NCBI GenBank assembly: GCA_963555825.3
Contig: CAUVXB020000001.1
Span: 448,001 to 512,000 of the forward strand
DNA: 64,000 bases
Source: Alphaproteobacteria bacterium
GTDB lineage: Bacteria; Pseudomonadota; Alphaproteobacteria; JAAXGF01
Direction of reading: 5' to 3'
The translations under genes were made by a program, and so were the position numbers. The notes beneath the pieces are model-generated. The model saw only the letters and a program-made list of their open reading frames with translations, did not search any database and was not told the DNA's origin. Below, one piece after another: positions 32,074 through 41,888 of this stretch (position 1 is the stretch's first letter; every line of letters starts with the position of its first letter).

Positions 32074-34733
32074 GCCGGCGCCATGAGTTCGCGCCTGCGC
32101 TCCTCGCTCATCGACCATGGCAGCCACGGCGACAGGTCGTCCGGTGGTTTGCGATCGTTCTCCGCGCACGCTGCGAGCCACGTGTCCAGCCAGCTCAGGA
32201 TGTCGATGCCATTCATCGAGAGCGTGCCCACCACCGAGTACATGATCGCCGTGAACCTGGCGCCGTCCTCGCTGTCGGAACCGAACGACAGCCGTCGCCC
32301 TATGGCCGGACCTCGTAACAATCTTTCGGCGCGATTGTTATCCAGAGGCACCTGCGGGCGGTCGACGAACACGCTCAGCCCTTCGCGATGGTTCAGCAGC
32401 GAGCGCAGCGCCCTGCCCTGGCGCGCCTGGTCCGGCAGGCCGGCCAACTCCCGGGCGGCCTCCGCGAACAGGCCGTCGAGCGCCGCCTTCAACGCGCCCT
32501 GCGCCGCGTCGAACGCCGGCGTCTGGCGCTTGATCACGGGGTCGTAATGAGCCAACCTCGCCTCGTTCAGGCGGTAGACCGACGCGATCCGCTCGATCCA
32601 TCCCTGGCACCAGTCCGTCAGTCTCACCTGGCCGGCCGCGCACTCGACAAAATCGCGGCGCATATGGGACCAACAGAATGCAAGGGTCACTTTGCCCTCG
32701 CGAAGGCGAGCGAGTCGCTTGTAGGCGCTATAGCGATCGCAGACGATGACCGTGTCGAGGAGAGCGTCGCCGAACAGCTTCTGCGCCGCCTCGGCGCTGC
32801 GCGAGGGGTCGATATGGAAAGAGACCGCGTCATTGCTGACCGAGACCCACAGCCAGGCGCGGCTCGAGCGGTCTTCCCCGCGAAGTTCCTGGACGCGCCA
32901 GCTGGTCTCGTCGGCATGGCGCAGCGCCGCCTTGTTCTGGTGCGCAAGGATCGCCTCGGCCAGCGGCTCGAGCAGCGGCACGAACCGCTTCAGGCTGTCG
33001 GCCAGCGTCCCCGGCGAGACCGTCAGCCCTTGGGCGGACATCCACGCGGCAACGCGGTGCACGGGGCGGAAGCAGGCACAGTGCTCGAACAGGAAGCGTG
33101 CCCAGAAGCTGGTCCCGTAGAGCGTCCTGGGGAACAGCCGCGGCACCGGGGGCGCCGACACTTCCATGGGCGACGACGCGCACTCGCAGGTCCGGCGCCA
33201 GCGCGGACGGCGGATCACGCGCTTGTAGGCCTTGACCTCGATCTCGACGAGGGTGGATTCCTCGGCGCCGTTCGGCGCATAGGGCTGCCCGCACCGGCCG
33301 CAGACGCACGCATCCGGCGGCGGGTTGTGCTCTTCGGTGCGCTCATCGAGCCCGGGCCGCTGGGTGCGGCCGTGGCCGGGCGCGCCGCGCTGCTGGCCGC
33401 GCTTGTGTTCCGAGCCCGGCTTGTCCTGCTGCTCGCTCTTGCGGCCGTAGAGCGCCCTCGACAGCACCGCCCCGGTCGCACGAAGCCTCTCAAGCTGGAC
33501 TTCCAGCGTCTCGATCCGGTTCCGCGACGTCTTCGCGCCCTTGCGCAGGCGGGCGTTCTCCCGGGACAGCGACTTGATCGTAGCCTTCTGGCGCCGCGAC
33601 CTTCGCAGAGCCCTGCGGAGATCGGCGTCTGCAACGGACAGCGACTTCGACAACGTCTTCCTGACCGCTCGAAGCCCGGCAAGCTCGGACTCGAGTGCCT
33701 TCCTGATCGCGCGAAGCTTGGCAGGCTGAACCTCCAGCGCCGCTTTCCGGGTCTCCAACTTCCGCATGGTCCTGCGCAGACGGCCGTTGTCCTTGCGCAG
33801 CGCCTCGATCGTCGTCTTCTGGCGCCGCGATCGCCTCAACGCCGCGCGCAGTTGAGCAGCCTCGTCGGACGGCAGCTTCGACAGCGTCGCCCCGGCCGCC
33901 CGAAGCTTGGCGAGCCGGGCCTTCAACTTCTCCTTACCGGCTTTGGACACCTCCAGGGCATGGCGCAGCCAGAAAACCTCGTCGGACAGCGACCGGGCGC
34001 GGGCCTCGGCGTCGCCCAGTATCCTCACCTCCCGGTGGAGCCGAAGGGACTCGCTGGACAGCTTCTTCGCGGTCTCCCTGATGCGCTCCGTCCTCTCCTT
34101 CTCCTGGTCGAGGCGCGTGTTCAGCCGGGCGTTCTCCTTGTCCCGCCGGACCACCTCCTTGTCGAGCCGGCGGAGTTCCGTGCGAAGCGACCTGACGGTC
34201 TCCTTCTGGTCCGGGGAAGGCTCCAGGACGGTGCGCCGCCGGGGCGGAGCGGGCCACGGCCCGGTCGCGCCCTCACGGGCCTTCGATGCCGCCAGGGCCT
34301 TGCGCAGCCGGGCGTTCTCCTTGCGCAGCGCCCCGGCCGTATCGAAGGCCGACGCGATGCCGGCTTCAGAAAGGAGCGTCTCCAGGCGCGCCACTTCCGC
34401 CTGCAAGGACGGCACGTCCCTTGCCGTGCGGCGGGCTTCCTTCGTCTCTTCGACGGCCTCACTCAGCCTGCGCCGGCAGGCCTTGAACCGAGACTTCCAC
34501 GAACCGCCATCGCTGCGGGCGGCCACTTCCGCCCAGCGCAGCTCTTCCGCGCGCGCTTCGGCCGCGTCCGCCCGCGCCCGTTCCCGCTCACACTGTGACC
34601 GCCAGTCGCGCGGCGCGTGCTCCGGCACCGACACGGGGGACAACCGGACCCCGCCATTACCCTCGACCAGCGTCAGGTTGGTGCCAAAATCCTCGTCCAG
34701 AACCACCATGCGCACGACGATAGCGCATGGCAA
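32070..34733 (-). CDS. IS66 transposase TnpC with very long coiled-coil N-terminus
   Basis: YGRKSE, GHGR, CGRCG zinc finger, HADET, CDRYSAY, CWSHMRR, DNNRAERLLR; exact start uncertain. Confidence 0.9.
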   Translation of the reverse strand: MPCAIVVRMVVLDEDFGTNLTLVEGNGGVRLSPVSVPEHAPRDWRSQCERERARADAAEARAEELRWAEVAARSDGGSWKSRFKACRRRLSEAVEETKEARRTARDVPSLQAEVARLETLLSEAGIASAFDTAGALRKENARLRKALAASKAREGATGPWPAPPRRRTVLEPSPDQKETVRSLRTELRRLDKEVVRRDKENARLNTRLDQEKERTERIRETAKKLSSESLRLHREVRILGDAEARARSLSDEVFWLRHALEVSKAGKEKLKARLAKLRAAGATLSKLPSDEAAQLRAALRRSRRQKTTIEALRKDNGRLRRTMRKLETRKAALEVQPAKLRAIRKALESELAGLRAVRKTLSKSLSVADADLRRALRRSRRQKATIKSLSRENARLRKGAKTSRNRIETLEVQLERLRATGAVLSRALYGRKSEQQDKPGSEHKRGQQRGAPGHGRTQRPGLDERTEEHNPPPDACVCGRCGQPYAPNGAEESTLVEIEVKAYKRVIRRPRWRRTCECASSPMEVSAPPVPRLFPRTLYGTSFWARFLFEHCACFRPVHRVAAWMSAQGLTVSPGTLADSLKRFVPLLEPLAEAILAHQNKAALRHADETSWRVQELRGEDRSSRAWLWVSVSNDAVSFHIDPSRSAEAAQKLFGDALLDTVIVCDRYSAYKRLARLREGKVTLAFCWSHMRRDFVECAAGQVRLTDWCQGWIERIASVYRLNEARLAHYDPVIKRQTPAFDAAQGALKAALDGLFAEAARELAGLPDQARQGRALRSLLNHREGLSVFVDRPQVPLDNNRAERLLRGPAIGRRLSFGSDSEDGARFTAIMYSVVGTLSMNGIDILSWLDTWLAACAENDRKPPDDLSPWLPWSMSEERRRELMAPA

Positions 34734-35980
34734 ATCGCGTTACCAGCAGAAAGACAGCACCTTGTGGGGCCTCGCCTCAACGTGGGAGATGCGCTTGACG
34801 GGACCCATTCCACGGCCTGAACGAACGCTTACCCCTGGCCGGCCTCGGTGAGCCACCGCGCGTGACATTGCGGCGGCGAATGGTGCAGGCGCTGGTCCAT
34901 ATGGCCATGGCGGACTATGAGAGGTGGTACGTCTTCGCCCACAGCCAGGGCACCGTGCTCGCCTTCAACGGCCTCATGGAGACCGGGAACACCCTGCCGA
35001 ACTATCTCGACGAAGCGCATTGGACCGCGGCCAAGGACGAGATCGGGGGCAGGGCGCCGACGCGCCTATCCGACGAAGACGCGGGCGACATGATGCCGAC
35101 CCGCCCGGCCTGGCTGGCGCGAGACGACATCATCGACCGCCAGAAACTGTTCGCCGGGCTTGCCGGCTTCATGACCTACGGCTCGCCGCTCCATAAGTTC
35201 GCTGTGCTGTGGCCGGCGATCGTGCCGTTGAACAACGACGAGACCGTGTTCCGGGACGACTTCGAGTGGATCAACGTCTACGACGCCACGGACCCGGTGG
35301 CCGACCGTCTACAATACTTCGGACCCGAGTCGCCGTCCGGCCCCGCGCCGCAGAACGTCTCCTACAAGGCGGGCGGGGTGCACTTGCTGAGCCACATCAA
35401 GTATCTGAGCTTCAAGGCGAAGCGACGCGATAGGCTCGTCAACGTGGTGGCGAGCTGGCTTACCAAGGGCGGGCGCTTCTCGCGACCGGCGCCGTCGGGT
35501 TGGCGCTGGCCGTCGGCCGGATTGACCCGCGTGTACGACTTCGCCCGCTATGTCATGTGGATCGTTCTTGGCCTGGTCCTCGCGGCCATTCTGGGGCTTT
35601 GGTTCGGCCTGTTGGTGGACGCCGTCAAAGAGGGGATCGCCGATGTCCCCCTTGTCGGTAACTGGTTCGGTTGGCTGGTCGGCACGCTTCGCGAATGGAT
35701 CGGCGCCACGAGCGATGCCTTGCAAATCCCACTTTGGCTGGTGAAATCCGTGTTCTACATCATCGGGGCGGCGCTCGCCGTGTTCATCGCGGGGCTCGGG
35801 CGAAAACTGCGACACTGGTCCCCTAAGTAAGGAGCCGGAGACGCCGCAAGCCTGATTCCGTCGGCGATCCTCGTAGTGCATTCCGGTTTAATTCCGGTTT
35901 GAGTCAGGCATCAAATCCCCGAAATTCCATCGCTGGAACTCGGGTGTCGGATAGACGCAAGGCGAAATGGACGACGCGGC

Positions 35981-36667
35981 TCACCCGCTGTCGCGTTGCG
36001 CGGCGGTGCGGTAGCCCAGGCGGACGGCGCTGATCGCCATGCCGACGGCGGCCTGGGTCGGGTCGACGACGGGGATCGCGAGGGTGTCCTCGAGCCGATC
36101 CCGGTAGCGCGCCATGCCGGCGCAGCCCATGATCACCGCGTCGGCGCCGTCGTCGTCCTTGAGCGCGCGGCCGACTTCGATCATGCGCGAGAGCGTGACG
36201 CCCTCGTCGGCGAGTTCGGTGACGCCCAGGCCGACCGACCGGCCGCCGGCGAACCGGCTCTCGAGGCCCATCGCCCGGACGAAGCGCCGCTGGCGCCCCA
36301 GCGAGGTCGCGAGGATGGCGACGATGCCGAAGCGCTCGCCCAGCGTGAGCGCCGTGGCGATGCCCGATTCGGCGATGCCGAGGACGGGCTTGCGTGTCGT
36401 CTCGCGCGCCGATTGCAGGCCGGGGTCCGAGAAGCAGGCGATGACGAAGGCCGACGCGCGGTTGTCCTGCGCTTCGACCAAGCGGCAGAGCGGCCCGATG
36501 ACGCCGTCGACGTGGCGCTGGCTTTCGATGCCGGGTGGGCCCTCGGCCAGCGTCAGGCAGTCGATCTCGGGGCCGCCGTCGAAGCGCAGGTGGTCCAACG
36601 CGGCGTCGATGCCGTCGGTGACCTCCTGCGAGGAGTTCGGGTTGATGACGACGATGCGCTCGCCCAT
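35981..36667 (-). CDS. Asp/Glu/hydantoin racemase family protein
   Basis: INPNS, IACFSDPG, MGCAGM. Confidence 0.92.
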   Translation of the reverse strand: MGERIVVINPNSSQEVTDGIDAALDHLRFDGGPEIDCLTLAEGPPGIESQRHVDGVIGPLCRLVEAQDNRASAFVIACFSDPGLQSARETTRKPVLGIAESGIATALTLGERFGIVAILATSLGRQRRFVRAMGLESRFAGGRSVGLGVTELADEGVTLSRMIEVGRALKDDDGADAVIMGCAGMARYRDRLEDTLAIPVVDPTQAAVGMAISAVRLGYRTAAQRDSG

Positions 36668-36671
36668 GATC

Positions 36672-37532
36672 TCACGCCTCCGCTTGGCTCTTCGCGGCGG
36701 GTGCCAGGTCATAGACCCGGTAGCCGCAGGCCTCGTTATACCCCAAACGGCGATAGATTTTGTTCGACGTCGGATTATCGACGTCGGCGAACAGCGCGCA
36801 CCAGTCGACGCCGGCGTGAAGCAACTCGCCGGTCAGCCGTCCGACCGCGGCCGAGGCGTAACGCCTGCCGCGCAACGCCGGCGGCGTCCAGACCGGCGCG
36901 ATACGCGCGCCCTCCTTGGTGACGTATCGGAAGCAGACCATCGAGACCGGTGCGCCGGCGTCCTCCCACAAGTAGACCAGGCCGCGGCGCAGCATGCCGG
37001 CGGCGGTGCCTCGCGCGGCGCTGCGTTCGTGTTCCTCGGCCTCGATCTCGTCGTAGAACGCAACGTAGGCGTCGGCCACCCAATCGGCGTCCGTATCGGT
37101 CGCCGCGCGCAGCGTGCCGGGAACGCCGTCCGGCGCGATCGCCTCGCGGGTCGCGTAGAGTGTCATGGCTGTCGCCGGGGTGGCTGTCCCGCCGGTCGCT
37201 GCGCGCCACGCCTCGGCGAAGGCGTCGGCCATGTTGTCGAGCCCGAGCATGCCCGACACCGGGAGGCCGGCCTCCAAGACTCCGGCGATCAAGCTCGGGA
37301 TCGCCGCCGCGTCGCCGGCCGACAGCAGCAGTTTGAAGGGCGGCGTCATCACGGCGGCCAGACAAGGCCGGTTGCCGCGGTCGACGGTGAGCAGCAGGAC
37401 GTTCGTCTTGGGCTGCGCCTTGAGGCCGCGGATCAGGCCGAGGATGACGTTGTTCTCGAGCGCGTTGTCGGCCAGGAACGGCCCGGCGTAGCGCTCGAAC
37501 GCCGCCACATCGTCGAACCGAACGCAGTCCAT
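36672..37532 (-). CDS. GNAT acetyltransferase
   Basis: VWTPPALRGRRYA, LFADVDNPTSNKIYRRLGY. Confidence 0.88.
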   Translation of the reverse strand: MDCVRFDDVAAFERYAGPFLADNALENNVILGLIRGLKAQPKTNVLLLTVDRGNRPCLAAVMTPPFKLLLSAGDAAAIPSLIAGVLEAGLPVSGMLGLDNMADAFAEAWRAATGGTATPATAMTLYATREAIAPDGVPGTLRAATDTDADWVADAYVAFYDEIEAEEHERSAARGTAAGMLRRGLVYLWEDAGAPVSMVCFRYVTKEGARIAPVWTPPALRGRRYASAAVGRLTGELLHAGVDWCALFADVDNPTSNKIYRRLGYNEACGYRVYDLAPAAKSQAEA

Positions 37533-37551
37533 CAGGCTTTGCGTCCCGGCC

Positions 37552-38490
37552 TCACTCGGGCGGCGGCTCGGCGCCGGTCTGTTCGGTGATCAGGCCGTAG
37601 TGCTCGATGCGCCGGTGCGCGGCGAAGTCGAAGATCGTCTCCTTGCCGAAGGCGCAGGCGTCCAAGTCGCAATCGGCGACGATCAGCTCGTCGCCGAGCG
37701 TGCGGGCCTGGGCGACGATCTCGCCGGCCGGCGAGACGATGCACGAGCCGCCCATCAGCTCGTAGCCGTCCTCGCTGCCCGCCTTGGCGACGCCGATGAC
37801 CCATGTCGAGTTCTGATAGGCGCCGGCCTGCATCGACATCTGATTGTGGAACATGCGCAGATGTGCCGCCTCGTCCGACTGCGAGTTGCCCGTCGGCGTG
37901 TTGTAACCGAGCACGACCAGTTCGACGCCTTGGAGACCCATGACGCGGTAGGTCTCGGGCCAGCGTCGGTCGTTGCAGATGCACATGCCGACGATGCCGC
38001 CGAATTCGCGCCACACCGGGAAGCCCAGGTTGCCGACCTCGAAATAACGCTTCTCTAAGTGCTGGAAGTCGCGCTCGGGGTCGAACTCGGCGTGGCCCGG
38101 CAGGTGCACCTTGCGGTACTTGGCGACGATCTCGCCCGACTTGTCGACCAGGATCGCGGTATTGTAGCGGTGCGTCTCGCCGTCCTCGTGGATCAGCTCG
38201 GCATAGCCGAGATGGAAGCCCATGCCGTACTCGACGGCGCGGTCGAACAGCGGCTGGGTCGTGTTCGACGGCATCGAGGACTCGAACCACTGGTCGACCT
38301 CGTCCTGATCCTCCATGAGATAGCGCGGGAAGAAGGTGGTCAGCGCCAGCTCGGTGAAGACGATCAAGTCGCAGCCCTTGGCATGCGCCTTGTCCATCAG
38401 CGCGAGCATGCGCCCGACCACCACCTCGCGGCCCTCGGCCTTCTGGATCGGCCCCATCTGCGCCGCGCCGATGGTGATGTTCCTGGCCAT
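37552..38490 (-). CDS. N-carbamoyl-D-amino-acid hydrolase (nitrilase family)
   Basis: FTELALTTFFPR, YRKVHLPG, ICNDRRWPE. Confidence 0.92.
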   Translation of the reverse strand: MARNITIGAAQMGPIQKAEGREVVVGRMLALMDKAHAKGCDLIVFTELALTTFFPRYLMEDQDEVDQWFESSMPSNTTQPLFDRAVEYGMGFHLGYAELIHEDGETHRYNTAILVDKSGEIVAKYRKVHLPGHAEFDPERDFQHLEKRYFEVGNLGFPVWREFGGIVGMCICNDRRWPETYRVMGLQGVELVVLGYNTPTGNSQSDEAAHLRMFHNQMSMQAGAYQNSTWVIGVAKAGSEDGYELMGGSCIVSPAGEIVAQARTLGDELIVADCDLDACAFGKETIFDFAAHRRIEHYGLITEQTGAEPPPE

Positions 38491-38584
38491 ATCGCTCACG
38501 TGATTGTTGGCGTTAAGGGCGGCGATGGTGGCAGGATTTGTGGGAGGGGGCAATAGCCGCACGCGACCGACCGACCGGCCTAAT

Positions 38585-39631
38585 TCAATCTTCGCGCGGG
38601 ACACCCGCCGGATCGGGGATCCAGCTTTTCTTCACACCGTCGTATTCCACGCCGGGGTTGCCGCTGACCGTGGTGCGCCACATCAGGCGATCGTGTCGGG
38701 TCGCGTCGAACCATGTCGCCGCATGCACCAGCGAGCGATTGTCGTAGATCACGATATCGCCGGCGTCCCAGTCGTGGGCGTAGGTGAAGCGCGGCTGGGT
38801 GAGATGCGTCATGAGCTCGTAGAGCAGCGCCGCGCCGGCGCCGTCCGGACCGGGCGCCATGCCGGCGAAGGGTCCGTCGATCCAGTCCATCTGGCCTGCT
38901 TCGCACAGATAGAGCGCGGGCTTCCCGGTCACCGGGTGGACCCGCACGACGGGCTGGCGCTGCGGCCGCTCGTGCGGCTCGAGGCTGTCCGGCGCCTCGC
39001 CCGCCCGCACCGCCGATTCCGAGCGCCCGGAATAGGGCATGACGTGGATGCCCACGAGGCCCTCGATGCGCGCCTTCAATGCCGGCGGCAGGGCCTCGTA
39101 GGCCGCGGCGCCGTCGGCGTAGAGCGTCTGCCCCTGCCCCTTGGGCGCCGGGGTCACGGCATAGAAGAGCGACAGGTCGGGCGGCGGCCGCCGGAAGCTC
39201 TGGTCGGTATGCCAGCCCCGGCGGTGCGGGAACCGGGTCGGCAGGCCGCCATCGGCGGTGCGCGGCGGGTCCGGGTGCGGCGGCGGCATCTGGTTGGCCG
39301 GCGCCATGTTCGAGATGACGAGGATTTCGGCCACGCTCTCGTGCAGCTTGGTCTTCTCCGTCAGGGTCTCGTGATAATTCTCGACCTCGGGACCGAACAG
39401 ACGGCTCAGCCGCACCAGCAACTCGGGCTGTTCGGTTATCCCCTGCATCGCCGGCACCAGCAGCAAGCCTTGCGAGGCGTGGAGCGCACGCGGCAACAGC
39501 TCGGGCTCGGCCTCCGCCGCGGCGACCGCCGCGCGGGCGTCGGGCGCGCCCGTGAAGCGCGCGACGCGACCGAAACTCGCGCCCGCCAGGGGCCCGAACT
39601 CGAAGCCGCCGTTTGCTACAGGGTTCGGCAC
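38585..39631 (-). CDS. TauD/TfdA 2OG-Fe(II) dioxygenase
   Basis: WHTD, PVVRVHPVTG, YDNRSLVH..R; GTG start overlaps upstream gene. Confidence 0.88.
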   Translation of the reverse strand: MPNPVANGGFEFGPLAGASFGRVARFTGAPDARAAVAAAEAEPELLPRALHASQGLLLVPAMQGITEQPELLVRLSRLFGPEVENYHETLTEKTKLHESVAEILVISNMAPANQMPPPHPDPPRTADGGLPTRFPHRRGWHTDQSFRRPPPDLSLFYAVTPAPKGQGQTLYADGAAAYEALPPALKARIEGLVGIHVMPYSGRSESAVRAGEAPDSLEPHERPQRQPVVRVHPVTGKPALYLCEAGQMDWIDGPFAGMAPGPDGAGAALLYELMTHLTQPRFTYAHDWDAGDIVIYDNRSLVHAATWFDATRHDRLMWRTTVSGNPGVEYDGVKKSWIPDPAGVPRED

Positions 39632-41658
39632 AGCCTGAGTGCGTCGTAGACCGCCGCGGCGATGTTGCGCGACGCGACGCAGTCGCCGATGCGGTAGAGC
39701 TCGTACGCGCCGCCGGCGTTCCGGTCGGCCGGTTGCCGTGCCCCGGCGAGCAGCGCGTCGATGTCGGTGACGCCCAGATTGCGCGCCTCGCCCGTGAGTT
39801 CGTGGAAGATCGCGTCGGCCGGCCGGGTGCCGTGCTCGACGACGATCTGGTCGGTCTCCTCCTCGGTGGTCTCCTTGGTGGCCAGATTCTCGAACACCGC
39901 GACCAACCGGTTGCCGGCCTTGGCGACGCGCAGCAATTGCCGGTCGAAGCGGCAGGGGATGTCGAGCTCGTAGAACCGCTTCTTCCAGACGAAGCGCTCG
40001 GCGTAGGACATCTCGGGCGTCAGCGCGTCGTCGATCGCGACATAGCTGACCGGCCGGCCCGCCATCGCCAGGCGCTCGGCCGCGGTCGCCGCCGCGTGGC
40101 GCCCGGTGCCGTCGTAGACGATCACTGCGCCGCTGCCCGCGGCCTCGCCCGTCAGTGTCTCCCAGGGGTCCGCGACATGCTCGCGGCCGTCGAGCCAGTC
40201 GAGATCGGGGACGCCGCCGGTCGCGACGATGACGACGTCGGCATCGAGCGCCCGCACGTCGTCGGGCCCGGCGAAGACGTTCATCCGGACGTCGACGCCG
40301 AGGCGGTCGAGTTCGAGTGCCCGCCAATCGGCGATGGCGATGACGTCCTTGCGCCAGCTCGCCGCCTGCGCAAGCCGGAGCTGGCCGCCGAGCTGCGTCG
40401 CGGCTTCCAAGAGCGTGACGTCGTGGCCGCGCTCGGCAGAGACGCGAGCCGCCTCGAGGCCGGCCGGCCCGCCGCCGACAACGACCACGCGGCGCGCGGC
40501 GCCGGCGCGTTCGATGTCGTGCGCCACGATGGTCTCGCGGCCGGTCGCGGCGTTGTGGATGCAGACCGGCCGGTGCTCGCTCATGCAATGCGTCATGCCG
40601 ACGCAGGGGCGGATATGCGCTTCCATGCCGGCTTCGAGCTTACGCACGATGTGGGGGTCGGCGATATGCGCGCGGGTCATCGCCACCATGTCGAGAAAGC
40701 CCTCGCGGATGGCGTGGCGCGCGGTCGCGATGTCGATGATGCGCGTGGCGTGGAAGACCGGCAGCGACACCTCGCGTTTGAATGCGGCGGCCATGTTGAG
40801 CCAAGGCGCGATCGGCGACGCCATGCCGGGCATACAGTCGATAGCGAGGCCGCGCGGGGTATCCGTGCTGCCGTAAATGGCGTTGAAAAAATCGATCAGC
40901 CCGCTCGCCTCGAACGCCCGACCGATCTCGACGCAGTCGTCGAAACCGAGGCCGCCGGCAGTGTTCTCGTCGACGGCATAGCGCAAGCCGACGACGAAGT
41001 CGTCGCCGACGCGGCGCCGAATTTCCTCGTGTACCATCAGCGGAAAGCGACAGCGGTTGGCCAGCGAGCCGCCGAAGCGGTCTGAGCGCTGGTTGGTGAC
41101 GGGCGACAGGAACTGGCCGATCAGATGGCTGCTGGCGAGCGTCTCGATGCCGTCCAAGCCGCCCTCCTTGCAGCGCAGAGCGGCGGCGCCGAAGGCCGCG
41201 ACGACGCGCGCGATGTCGTGCTCGTCCATCTCGCGGGCGAACGAACGGTGCAGTGTTTCGCGGCTCGGCGACGCGGATATCACCGGCAGCCAGTTGTCGG
41301 CGTAAGCGTTGCCGCGCCTGCCGAGATGGGTGATCTGGCACATCAACGCCGCGCCGTGGCGGTGCATGCGCTCGGAAAATTGCTGCAGATAGGCGATGCA
41401 CGCGTCGTCGCCGACATTGAGCTGCCCGAAGGTATCGGGGCTGTCCGGCGCGACGTACGACGAGCCGCCGAACATCGAGAGCGCGATGCCGCCCTTCGCT
41501 TTCTCCTCGTGGTAGCGTTGGTAGCGTGCCGCCGGCATGCCGCCGTCGAGCAGGCCGCAGGCATGGCTCGTGCTCATGACCCGGTTCTTGAGCGTCAGAT
41601 GCTTGAGCCGGAACGGCCGAAGCAGGGGGTCGACCGCGCTGTCGCCGCCAGTGCTCAT
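39616..41658 (-). CDS. NADH:flavin oxidoreductase (N-methylproline demethylase StcD/HpbA-like)
   Basis: LKNRVMSTSH, QITHLGRR, RPCVGMTHC..CIHN Fe-S motif, VGGGPAGLEAA. Confidence 0.88.
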   Translation of the reverse strand: MSTGGDSAVDPLLRPFRLKHLTLKNRVMSTSHACGLLDGGMPAARYQRYHEEKAKGGIALSMFGGSSYVAPDSPDTFGQLNVGDDACIAYLQQFSERMHRHGAALMCQITHLGRRGNAYADNWLPVISASPSRETLHRSFAREMDEHDIARVVAAFGAAALRCKEGGLDGIETLASSHLIGQFLSPVTNQRSDRFGGSLANRCRFPLMVHEEIRRRVGDDFVVGLRYAVDENTAGGLGFDDCVEIGRAFEASGLIDFFNAIYGSTDTPRGLAIDCMPGMASPIAPWLNMAAAFKREVSLPVFHATRIIDIATARHAIREGFLDMVAMTRAHIADPHIVRKLEAGMEAHIRPCVGMTHCMSEHRPVCIHNAATGRETIVAHDIERAGAARRVVVVGGGPAGLEAARVSAERGHDVTLLEAATQLGGQLRLAQAASWRKDVIAIADWRALELDRLGVDVRMNVFAGPDDVRALDADVVIVATGGVPDLDWLDGREHVADPWETLTGEAAGSGAVIVYDGTGRHAAATAAERLAMAGRPVSYVAIDDALTPEMSYAERFVWKKRFYELDIPCRFDRQLLRVAKAGNRLVAVFENLATKETTEEETDQIVVEHGTRPADAIFHELTGEARNLGVTDIDALLAGARQPADRNAGGAYELYRIGDCVASRNIAAAVYDALRLCRTL

Positions 41659-41888
41659 GTCGTGCGTCGTCCTCCAGGGTACCGAGGCGTCGTGGTCGGC
41701 TGCCTCGGTCTTGCACCGGTATTACTTACACGAACCGCTCCTCCTTTGCCGCCGCATTCTCGACCCGGAGCGGACAAACGGTCGATCATTCGATTCGGTA
41801 TGCATTCACCGATCGGCGGCAGATGATTGCGGCCGCACCGACCGAGTGCCAACGGCCTCGGAAGGAGTCCGCGCCGCCGACCCGGCGC

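Larger units (their letters stand above)
31133..34832 (-). mobile_element. Atypical IS66-family element: long TnpC plus DUF4338 gene, no tnpA/tnpB
   Basis: Perfect 26-bp TIR GTAAGCGTTCGTTCAGGCCGTGGAAT; 8-bp DR ccctggcc at 31125-31132 and 34833-34840. Confidence 0.95.
30515..35830 (+). pseudogene. Membrane-anchored alpha/beta-hydrolase-like protein split by IS66
   Basis: VHGIGEQ N-half (30515-31132) joins in frame to a C-half with AHSQG nucleophile, TYGSPL, WINVYDATDPV, LSH and C-terminal TMs. Confidence 0.8.
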
